A stretch of DNA of 64,000 bases from Acidobacteriota bacterium (lineage in GTDB: Bacteria; Actinomycetota; Acidimicrobiia; Acidimicrobiales; Ilumatobacteraceae): assembly GCA_018970175.1 (NCBI GenBank), contig JAGWWV010000001.1, positions 29,605 through 93,604 on the forward strand, written 5' to 3'. The position numbers and the translations under genes were made by a program. Below the pieces are notes generated by a model. That model was not told the DNA's origin and did not search any database. It worked only from the letters and a program-made list of their open reading frames with translations. Position 1 is the first letter of the stretch, and each line of letters opens with the position of its first letter. This document shows positions 42,172-52,900 of the stretch, one piece after another.

Positions 42172-43919
42172 GGTGCGGGTTCGACCACTTCGACGGCGGT
42201 GTTCCGTTCGACGTCGCTCAGCACGACGGTTTCTTCGCTGAGTGGGAAATACACCTCGATGCGATGCGCTGGCTCGATTCCACCACCCAGACCGACACGC
42301 AGGAGCGCGGTGTCCTGCGAGAGATACGTCCCTGTCGTTCCGGTGAAGTACTTCTTCGTCGGCCCGCCGGGCAACGCGGTCACCGACACGATCGCCCCGA
42401 GAGCATCACGGTTGCTGCGCGTGCCCACCACGCGAATGTCGACGTAACGACCGACGACGGGCGTGACATTGTGGAAGAACGCGGGCGTCTCGGCATCGCG
42501 GGTGACGAGCAGGTCCATACGACCATCGTTGTCGGCATCGAATACGAGGGTCCCCTTGGTGGGTTTGGTCTCGATAACGCCGACCCTGACAGCTACCTCG
42601 TCGTAGGTGTCGGTGCCATCGTTGCGCCAGTACATGACGGGGTCTTTCGCGTGGCAGCCCGCGGGGTTCGACCAGGGCTCGTCGATACCGGCTGCCTGCA
42701 CGAGGTCGCGGGACCCGGAGTTGGTTGCATCGATGAAGCTCGCACCCCAACCCCAACCGCCGTCGCGTACTCCGGCGCGGTCGGTGATGTCGTCGAACAC
42801 GCGGTCCGTGCCGTACTGGTAGAGCCGGTTGCCCGTTCCGACCAATCCACTGTCGTCCTTGCAGTCCGACAGCGACTTGATTGACGAGATGAAGAGTGTT
42901 GGCTTCTGATCAGGCCCATGGAAGTCGACGGCAAGACCCATGCCGTTCTCCTCTCCCCCGAGTCCCGACTCGTAGGTGGTGTTGTCGAACGTCCCGTCTC
43001 GGTTGTTCCAGAACAACTTCGTGGTGTTGAAGTCGGCTACGACGGCCAGATCGGGGTACCGGTCACCGTCGAAATCGGTGAAGATCGAACTGAACGTCCA
43101 CGTCGTGTCGACCACGGAATCGACACGCGTTTTTGCCACCTCGGTGACGTCTTCGAAAACACCGGGCTTGCCCTGCGCACCGAGATTGCGGAACAGCCGG
43201 GAGTGCGACGGCACACCGAGGTTCGCCACGATCGACGACTGCCATTCGTTGGTGTGCATGTCGATCCAACCGTCGAGGTCGTAGTCACCGAACGAAACAC
43301 CCTGGCCAGCGTGCGGTTCACCGTCGACCATGCCGACCCCGCGTGCCACGGCCTCCTCGGTGAACTTCCCCGTCCCGTCATTCACGAGGAGATACATCTG
43401 CGGCGATGCGATGCCCGTGAGGACCACGTCCTTGTCGCCGTCGTTGTCGATGTCGGCAAAGCCGACACCATTCGTTGCACCTTCGACGAGATCGAAACCC
43501 GACCCGACCGTGGCGTCGCGGAACATCGGTTCGCCGGGTGTGCTTTCGTTCACGTAGAGGATCGGATGACCCGTGAGACGGGTGAAAACCACGTCGTCGA
43601 GACCGTCACCGTTGACATCTACCGCGGCGGCACCCGAAGTCATCCGTTCGGGCACGCACTGGTTGAACCGCAGACCCGACGCAACACCCGCCTCCTGCAA
43701 CTTCGGAAACATCACGGCCAGTTTCGACTTGCTGAACAGGCAGGTGGCGGCGTCGTTGCGCGCACCCTGGGTTGCGGTGAAACCGACAGCCGCGCCCTTT
43801 TCGACAAACGTCGGCAGCGTGTCGGGGATCACGGGTTCGAGTTTTTGGTTGGCCGAACCCGAACAGCCGAGCGCGGCTGCCGGAACCAGCACGAGTGCCA
43901 GTACCGACAGCCGCGCCAT
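42168..43919 (-). CDS. CRTAC1-family lipoprotein (FG-GAP/VCBS repeats plus UnbV/ASPIC C-terminal domain)
   Basis: From the ATG at 43919 the product begins MARLSVLALVLVPAAALGC-S. It has repeated Ca-binding-like DxDxDG loops (DVNGDGLDD, DIDNDGDKD, DYDLDGWID, DFDGDRYPD, DADNDGRMD). The C-terminus NRDALGAIVSV...YLSQD... is typical of UnbV_ASPIC. Confidence 0.8.
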   Translation of the reverse strand: MARLSVLALVLVPAAALGCSGSANQKLEPVIPDTLPTFVEKGAAVGFTATQGARNDAATCLFSKSKLAVMFPKLQEAGVASGLRFNQCVPERMTSGAAAVDVNGDGLDDVVFTRLTGHPILYVNESTPGEPMFRDATVGSGFDLVEGATNGVGFADIDNDGDKDVVLTGIASPQMYLLVNDGTGKFTEEAVARGVGMVDGEPHAGQGVSFGDYDLDGWIDMHTNEWQSSIVANLGVPSHSRLFRNLGAQGKPGVFEDVTEVAKTRVDSVVDTTWTFSSIFTDFDGDRYPDLAVVADFNTTKLFWNNRDGTFDNTTYESGLGGEENGMGLAVDFHGPDQKPTLFISSIKSLSDCKDDSGLVGTGNRLYQYGTDRVFDDITDRAGVRDGGWGWGASFIDATNSGSRDLVQAAGIDEPWSNPAGCHAKDPVMYWRNDGTDTYDEVAVRVGVIETKPTKGTLVFDADNDGRMDLLVTRDAETPAFFHNVTPVVGRYVDIRVVGTRSNRDALGAIVSVTALPGGPTKKYFTGTTGTYLSQDTALLRVGLGGGIEPAHRIEVYFPLSEETVVLSDVERNTAVEVVEPAP

Positions 43920-43942
43920 GCGACTACCAGTGGTGAGTCGGA

Positions 43943-46900
43943 TCACCGAATGCCGTAGCGACGACCGTCGTAGTCGACCCAGATGCTGGTCGGGTTGACC
44001 GAGAAGCCTAGGCCGAGGCTCACCCAGTTGGACCAGCCGGTCCAACCGTCGTTCCACCAACACTTCGGCTTCCAGGCACGACAACCCGCGTCGATGTAGT
44101 AGCGCGAACCCTGGACGCTGACCGTACCGCTCGCACTGAACGAGAAGTATGGCGACCAGCTGTAGATCCGCAGCGATGCATTGACGCTGGCCGACAGGCG
44201 CAGCTTCACGACAACGAGGTACACCTCGCCCGAGTTCCAGTTGAAGCCGGAGTTCACGGAGAAGTCGAAGCTACCGTTCGCGTTGATGTTGCCCGAGAAC
44301 CAGAAGCCGATACCTGCCGTCTCGAAGTAACCCGAGACGCTGAAGTACGTGCCACCGCGGTAACGCTGGCCGTTCCAGTAGGCGACGTTGCCCATCTTGA
44401 GGGTGCCGCCCGCGCGGACGATACCGAGCGAGACGCTGACACCGATGCTGGCGTCGAATGTGCCGTCGGCATTGATGGCGATCGAACCGCTACCCGAGAT
44501 ACCCGGCACCTGCAGCGACACCGACGCCGACATTCCTTCGCGGCCGGGCTCGTTCGAGATGGTGAACGAACCGCTCGCTGCGACACCGGCTGCCGACAAC
44601 GAGGCGTTGCCGGTCATGGTGAAGCGGAAGGCGTTGTTGGTGCGCGAGAAGTTGCCACTGAAGCCGACGTCAACCGCACCCAGAACTCGGATGTTGGTCG
44701 ACAGTGCGAAGGCCCAGTTGGCGCCCGACTTGCTTCCGCTCACGTTGACCGCGGCGGAGAATCCGACGAGATTCAGGTTGCCGCTGCCGGCAAAGCGGAA
44801 GTTGCCATCTGTGCCGAAGTCACCACTGACGCTGAGGTTGCCGCCGATGTTGCCCGATCCGATCGAGAACGAAGCGTTGAACCGTGCGTAGGCGACGCCG
44901 CTGGCGCGTCCCACCAGCACCGACCCGCTGGCACCGAAGCCACCGAGGTTGATGGTGATGTTGTCGGCCCCGACACGGAAGTCACCGGCTGCCGCCGTGA
45001 CGGTTTGTCCGTCACGGTTGACGATGGTGATACCCGATCCGGCCGCCCACACCACCTGACCGGTGAGCTGGGCGCTGAACACGCCGCCCACCGAGATGGT
45101 GCCGGTGATCTTGACCTGGTTCTTGTCGACGACACCGGTCACTCGACCGAAGTCGTAGCCGGCAACCGAGCCCGTCGCATCGAATGCGAGCGTCGGGAAC
45201 TGGCCGTCCTTGTAGTCGATCGAGAACGTGCCGTCGATCTTGACGACGCCCGCAATCGTTCGGACCGCCCGGACGTTGGCCTTCAAAGTCTGCAACTTGA
45301 AGTTCGACATCGACATCGCGAAGTCGACCTGCGTGACGGCACCGAGGAAGTTGAAGTCACCTCGTGCCTGGACCTCGGCGAAGCCATTCTTCGGTCGCAC
45401 GTTCACACGCACGGCCGCTGAACGGATCTCGAGGAAGCCCGGGACGATACTGAGGTTGTCGACGCTGCCCGTCAGGTCGACCCACGGTCCATCGGTGACG
45501 TTGTAACCGATGTTGCCGTTGACCGAGACCTTGGTGCTGCCGATCGTGATGCCACCGGCGAAGGCGACGAACGATTCGGTTGGCGACACCTTGATGGTGA
45601 GACGGGTCTCATCGACCTGAACACCACCAGCGCGGAACGCACCGATCGCCAGGCTGGCCTCGAGCGAGAACGGATTGGTTCCGATCTTCGCGCGAACATC
45701 GACCGGAGTGCCGAGAACGGTGCCAGAGAAACCGACCGAAATACCCGGGTCGAGGATCTGGTTGCCGATCTGGCAGCCGAGCGGCGCGATGGTGAGATCC
45801 ATGAACGTCGAGGTGAGAACCCCGCTGCCCACGTTGATGACCTTCGCCGAGCCTGCCGAGATGGTCTTGCCATCACCACCGAGCGTGCCCGCCTTGAACT
45901 GGAAGCACGGCTTCGTGACGTCGATGTTCGCCATCAGACGAACCGCGACACCGGCCTCCATGCCAAGCGGCTTCTTCCATGCGTCGGGCAACTGTGCCGT
46001 TGCCGCAATACCAATGGTCGGCAGCGGGAACGGAGTCGTTGCAAAGTTGATACCCACCTGAATGGCGGCGTCGGACAACGTGAGACCGCTGATACCGAAG
46101 GCGTTCTTCCACTCGTAGGGCTTGCCTGTCGTCGAGTCGATGCCGAGGCTGAGTGCCATCGAGATTGCGGTGGTCGAGACCGTGCCGCGCACCTCGAGCG
46201 GGATCGGGGTCTGACCCGAACCGGTGATGAACTCGATGTTGCCGATGAGGCTCATCGACGGAGTCGGGCTGCCACCGATCTCCACGCCGAATCCGGCGAA
46301 GCGCATCGAGAGCGAGCTCGTCTTGAAGAGGAACCAGTCACCCGGGGTCGGGAGCATGATCTTGAGCGTCGGCAGCTTGCCCGCTGCCAGGTCCTTCAGC
46401 GGCACCGTCACCGGCACCACATTGAGACTCGGTTGCTTGACCATGTCCTTCAGCCACTGCGGAACCTTGAAACCCGCGAGGAGCGTCGGGTTGTTGAGCG
46501 GAATGTCGACCTTGCCGAGGTTCGGCGCGTTCGGCAACGTCACCTGCAGCGCGTTGTAGGTCGCAAATGCGAACGACGCGTTGGTGAGTGTCGGGCCGCC
46601 GGGGATCGGCGTCCAGTCGTTCATGCCGCCCGAGACGATGACGCCCTGTGCGGAGAACGTTGCCGACATCGACAACGTCGTGCCGAGAACGTCGGCGCTG
46701 CCCGCGACACTGGCCGAGAGACCGCCCTGTGTTGCATAGGCAACCGCGAGGGTCGGGGCCTTGATCGTGACTCCTGCGGTGACCGGGAGATCGGCGAACA
46801 CCGCCTTCAGTTCCGACCTGTCCTTGGTGAACGTGCCGGTCAGTGTCGCAGGCGTTGTCCAGCCCTGTCCGACGTTGACCGAGACCCTGCCGGTGGCGGT

Positions 46901-49900
46901 GAAGACAAGTTCGCACTTGCCTCCAACCTGACATGTGGCCGTCACGGCCGCACCGGGCTCACTCACCCTGACGCCGGGTCCGGCAGCCGAACCGACCGGG
47001 AACCAGTCGGTGATGCCCTTGAAGGCGAGGCTGAAGGTGCGGGTCTGGTCCTTGCGAACCATCGTGCCGGTGAGGTTGCCGAGCGGCAGGCTGAATCCGG
47101 GGAACGGCGACCATGACGTCGTGCCGCCCGTCGGCTTCACCGTCACCTGGAACGAGTAGTCGGTGGACGACACGTAGTTCAGGTTGAAGCCCAAGACGAT
47201 CGGTGTCGTCGGAGTCGAGATCTCGATGTCACCCGTACCGGTTGCCTGAACGGAACCGGTGGTGTTGTTCAATTTGAGGTCGAGCGAGGCCACCTTCACA
47301 CCGTCGATGACGGTGAGTGGCTGCTTCACCTTGGCCGAGATGTCGTAGACGAGGTTCTTGCCCGTTCCTTCACGCGAGAATGTTCCGGTGATGTTGGTTG
47401 CGTTCGAGTCGTAGGTTGCCGTGAGCGAGAACGCTCCGCTGGCAAGGGTCATGTTGCCCTCGACCTTGACCGCACCGAAAGTGAGAGTGGTGCTTCCCGA
47501 CAGCTGCTTCACGACGTCGGGGGTCGGCATCGACAGCACGAGGCGTGGTGCGCCTGCGGGCAGGCTGATGGCCGGCAGCGACGGGAAGTTCGGAACCTTC
47601 GGCGTCCAGTTGATGTTGCTGGGCGCGCGCAGCGCCCAGGCGAACTGACCACCGTCGAAACCGATGTCGGAGTTCGGGAACTTGAACGACGGGAAATCGC
47701 CCGTGAGCAGGACGCCCGCCGAGCTGAAGTTGACGTTCGCATTCAGGGTCGCGCCGAAGAGCGCGAACGTGCCCGACAACGAAGCCGATGCACGGTCGGT
47801 GCTGGTCTTCGGCGGGATCGCCAAACTGAAGGTCGGTGCCAACAGCTTGATGTCGGCGTTGAACGCGAGGTCGTTGAACTTCGCAGAGAATGCAAAGCCC
47901 TTGTCGTCGAGTTTCCCGCTGATCTCCGCCGAGTTCAGACCCGTGATACCGAGGTCGAAGCCGAGCGTGCCCTTCAGGTCGAACGCCGGGACGCACTTGG
48001 CACCCGTGTTGCAGGTGACAGACGCCTTGGCCGACACGTTGGTGACACTCAGCCCGCTGACCGGCTTCCACGGACCAGCCGTCGACAAGTTGACGTCGAG
48101 GACGCTGCCTGCGGCGGTGCGCTTGAACGTACCGCTCGCCTGACCGAGGCTCAATGCCTCGCCACCGGTGACCGCAAACGACGGGGCCGTTGCTCCGGCC
48201 GACACGGTGACCGTGAAGTCGGTGGCCGAGTTGTAAGCAACCGCGCCGGCGACGGTGACGACCGTCGAATCGGGCAGCTTCACGTCAACCGAACCGTTGC
48301 CGGTGAGGGTGAGCGGGCCACCCGCCGTTGCGTTGCCGAAGGTGACGTCGAGCGTGGTGATCGACACCGAGTCGGTGAGGGCGATGGCCTTCTTCACCTT
48401 GCCGGTGAGGTTGTACTTGAACGGATCTCCGGTCTTCTCGCGGCTGATTGCACCCGCAAGGTCGATCGAATCGTTCGACAACGATGCAGCGAGGCTGAAC
48501 TTGCCGGTCGAGAAGTCGACTTCGCCGTCGAGGGCGATGTCACCGACATTGCTGACCGTTGCCGAAGCGAGACCCTTGATCTGCTCGGGCAGTGCGATTG
48601 CCATGTTGAGACGCGGCACCTTGGGTGTGAGGTTGACGGACTTGATGTTCGGCAACGACGGCACCTTCGGTGTGATCGAGATCGGACCCGACGACCAGCT
48701 GAGCTGACCCGGCTTCCAGACCGGACCGCTTGCGCCGAACGGCGCGAGCTCCGGCAGATCGGCGGTCAGCAACACGCCGGTCTTCGAGAACGTGGCCGAA
48801 GCACTGACGGTCTTTTCGAACACGGTCATCGAACCCGCCAACGTGACGGTGGTCGCCGCGTTGGCTGCACCGATGTTGGTGGAATCGATCGAGAGCGACG
48901 CCGAGGTGATGTCGAGACCCGCGACGAGCGGAATCTTGTCGAGCGACGCCTTCAGCGAAGCGGTCTTGTTCGTGATGTCGACCGCGCCGGTGATCTTGCC
49001 GGTTGTCGAAGTTGAACCAAGGGTCACTTCCGCACCCGAGTCGAGGTTGACCTTCACATCGCAGGCACCCGTGGCCGGGCATTGTGCAGTCGCCTTGATG
49101 GTGGGTGCAACGAACTTGAGACCCGAGAACGGCGAGACATCGCCACCAACGACGGTGACGTCGATTGTCTTCGCGCCGTCCTTGGCAACGTACGAACCCG
49201 ACGCGCTGGCGAGCGGGATGGAGATGTCCTTGCCCGGGCTCCACTTCCCACCCGTTGTCGCGGCCTTCACCGCGAACGAATGGTTGTTGGCATCGGTGTA
49301 GTTGAGATCGGCAGTCACCGCGAGTGCGGTGTCCCCGGAACCAATGGTCATCGTGCCGGAGCCGGTGATTGCACCACCCTTGTCGTACGACGCCGACAAT
49401 GCCGTGATCTTCACGTTCGACGTGAGGGCGATTTCACCCTGGAGTGCGCCTGCAAGGCTCACCGCAACGTCGGCCTCGGGAGTTTCACGCTTCACCGAAC
49501 CGGTGAAGTCGATCGTCGAACCAAAGAGTTCGAACCCATTGGCGAGCGATGCGTCGAGGGAGAACGTGCCGTTCGTGGCGACTGCACCCGCAATGCGGGC
49601 CGTCGGCTTCTTGCCGTTCTTCTCGGGACCGGTTGCAGTTGCCTCGAGGCTGACGGCCTTGCCACCCTCGGCATCAACGCTGAAGGTCAGCGTCGCTGCG
49701 GGTGTCCAGCCAGCGGGCAGCTTGAGGAACGGCATCGAGCCGGATTCGATCTTGCCTTCGAAGGCGCCGATGGCGACCGACGCACGCGAGAACGGGATGA
49801 AGAGACCGACGGGGTCGGTTCCACCGATCGAGAACACGGGTGAACCCCACGACTCGGGTCCGGTGAATGTCGCCGAGCGGATGGTGAGACCCGCGGCACT

Positions 49901-52900
49901 GATCGTGCCACTGGCACCTGACACGGTGAGATAACCAGCGAGCGAGAACCCGGCGTTCGAGAACGACACCTTCGAGCTCTCCGAACACGTCGAGGAGTTC
50001 ACCTTGAGCTGTGACAGATCAAGATTGCCGATACCGATCGCCTTGTAGGTCGCTTCGAGCTTGGAAGAGGTGTTCGTCGAGATTGCCTCGACGAAGTCAC
50101 ACAACGGAGTTGGTGCACCGCTCGGGTTCATCTGCAGTGTGATCTGGTCGGTCGCACTGGCGCCGGTGGCGTCGGTGGCGGTGACCAAGATGACCGCGGT
50201 GCCGATTGCAGCCGACGCCGCAATCGAGAGCGCTGCAGTGTTTGCGCCGTTCAGCGTGAGAGCAGGACCCGACACCTGTGACCAGGCGTAGGTAATGGCA
50301 CCCGAACCAGTGGCGGTTGCGTTCAGTGCAACTGCTTTCGCCGTGTCGACCGCCAATGGACCTTCGCCCTCGGCGATGTTCGCCGACAACGTGGCAGCGC
50401 CACCGGTGCCGACAACGACGGTGACGACGTCGGTTGCCTTCTCACCGCGCGAGTCGGTGGCAACCACACGGAGGCTGATGGTCGTGTTCGCGGCGGGTGC
50501 GGTGAATGCAACCGTCGCGGTGTTCGTGGCTGCTGCTGCAAGCACCGACGGTGTCGGACCTGCGGCCTGCGACCATGCGTAGGTGACGGCGCCCACGCCC
50601 GAAGCCGCAGCAGTAACCGACACCGCGGCACCTTGCGCGACGGTGAGTGTGGAACCACCGAAGATGTTGCCGTTGACGGTGACGCCGGCGTTGGCCGACG
50701 TCAGAACGGAGGTGTCACCCGCGCCGGATGTGGGCGCGGTAGCAGCGAATGCGCGAACGCTCGGCCCCGACTGCTTCGGCACGCGACGCAGCACGGACGA
50801 ACCGCTACCGCTTCCGGCCTTACCGGTCGGACCCTGCGCGGTCGGCAATGGCTGGACGCGCACGGAGAAGCGTGCGGTGTGCGAGGTTCCGGCCTCGTCG
50901 AGTGCCGTTGCTTCGAATACCAGCGTCTCTTCGGCCTTCACCGCGGGTGCGAGCAGGTTCGCCGTGGGGCCCGTGGACGGGGCGTCGTTGACCCACTTGG
51001 CCGCTGACGTGACGGCCTTGCACTGTCCGTTCGACGCCTTCACATCGGCGTCGGTGGTGCAGAGCTGGCGCCACGTGAACTTCGAGCCATCGGCGTTGCC
51101 AACGGTCGTGAGAAGAATCGACGAGGGCATGCGCTTGCCCGTTGCGTCGACGATCTGGTCGACGATGACGTCGGGTCCCTGGATCGAGAACGACAGGGGT
51201 GCGCGCAGGTCGATTTCCTGCGTCGAGGTTTGGCTGGTTGGCTGGCCGTAGATGTTCGAGACGATCGACGTCGCCTGCAGCACCATCTTCTTTGCCTTGG
51301 GGTCACTCGACTGGTAGTCGACGGCGACGGCCTTCGACACTTCGCCGACCTTCAACGGCAGCTTGCGCGAGCAGGCGATGAACCCCTCGGCGATGAATCC
51401 GCCGACAACTGCACAGCTCCAACCCTCACCCTTGGCACCGGTCAAGCGACCGCCCTTGGTCTTGATGATCATCGACTGGGCGTTGGAGTCGGCCGTGCCT
51501 TCGTTCTTCACGCTGAACTGCGCGGCGGCCTTGCCACCCGGACGTGGTCCTGCGGGTGCGGCGATCGCTGCGGTGAGTGCGGGTTGCTGCTTGACGATGG
51601 TGATGCCCATGCCGTAGCGCGCGACCGGAGCGGTCTTCACCGTGGGCAGTGACGCGTACACCGGCCACTCGGGCTTGCCCGGCTTGGCCGAATTTGCGGC
51701 CTCGACCGTGAGGTTGAGAATCGGTGTCTGGGCCTCGGGGGCAACGGCTGCTGCGAGAGTCAGCTCGCAACGAATCGCTGCACCCTTCTTGCCCGGTGTG
51801 GCAACGGGAGCCGGAGCGGCGATGGCTTCACCCGCGCCCGCGAGGGACTCGGGCAACTGCACCACGGGGGGCGTGCCCTGACCTGCAACGCAGGCCCACT
51901 GGCCCGGTGTTGCAGGGATCTTCTTTCCATCGAGATCACCCTTGAAGTCGGCGTCCTTCGGTGCCGACTTGCCCGAGAAGATCGCGAAATCGGAAACGAA
52001 CTGTTCGAGGCGAACGACGGTTCCCGCCGCGATCGGAACTGCGCCGAGGTTCGACACTGCAAGGCCGTAGCTCGCCTTCTTGCCGACGACGATCTCGGTC
52101 GTCGAGCCATCGCTGACCGCCTGGGTTGCACCCTTCTCATCGGCGCGCGTGAAGACGATGCCGGGCATGGCGGCCGGAGCAGGCTGCACGAGCAGCGTCT
52201 GACCGGAGCGGTTGTTCTCGACCTTCGCTGCATCTTCGTTCTCGGCGGAGATGACGCTGATGACCTGGGCCGCGCCCGTTTCTGTTTCCTCGGTCGTCGT
52301 GAACTTGAAGGCAATCGTCTCTTCGGCGGTGTCGAACAGTTCGGCCTTCACGCACTTGAGCGCGGTCGAACCCTCGCCTGCGGCGGGGTCGGCGGCGGCA
52401 GAAGCACAGGTCCAGCCGGGTGATCCGTCGGCTGCCTTCTCCATCGTGACGCCCTTGCGGACACCGACGGTGACGGCGACGTTCTGGCCGATGCCGTTGA
52501 TCGAACGCACCTTCGCGTCGACGAGCAGAGTGCCGGGTGCGACCATGCTGGTCTTGCCGTCACGGGCGATGACCTTCGCCACGAGATCGGGCTTCGGCGC
52601 CTCGTTGATCTGCGACGTGAGCTCGGCGAGAGCCTCGAGCTGCGTGCCATCGGCCTTCACGCGGCTGACCGAGTTGACCTTCCACGTGAACGGCTGGGCC
52701 GTCACTGCTGCGGTTTTCGACGTGCGGCCTTCGATGATGAGGGGCTCACTGAAGAAACTCGGCTGAATTTCGCCGCCGGTGCGCGTGCAGCGCTTCGGCG
52801 CGGCGGGGTCGTCGCAGGTCCAGCCGTTGCCCGAGATCTTCACATCGGTGAGGCCGATCTGTGCGGGAAGGATGTCGGTGAAAGTGATGTCACCCGAAAA

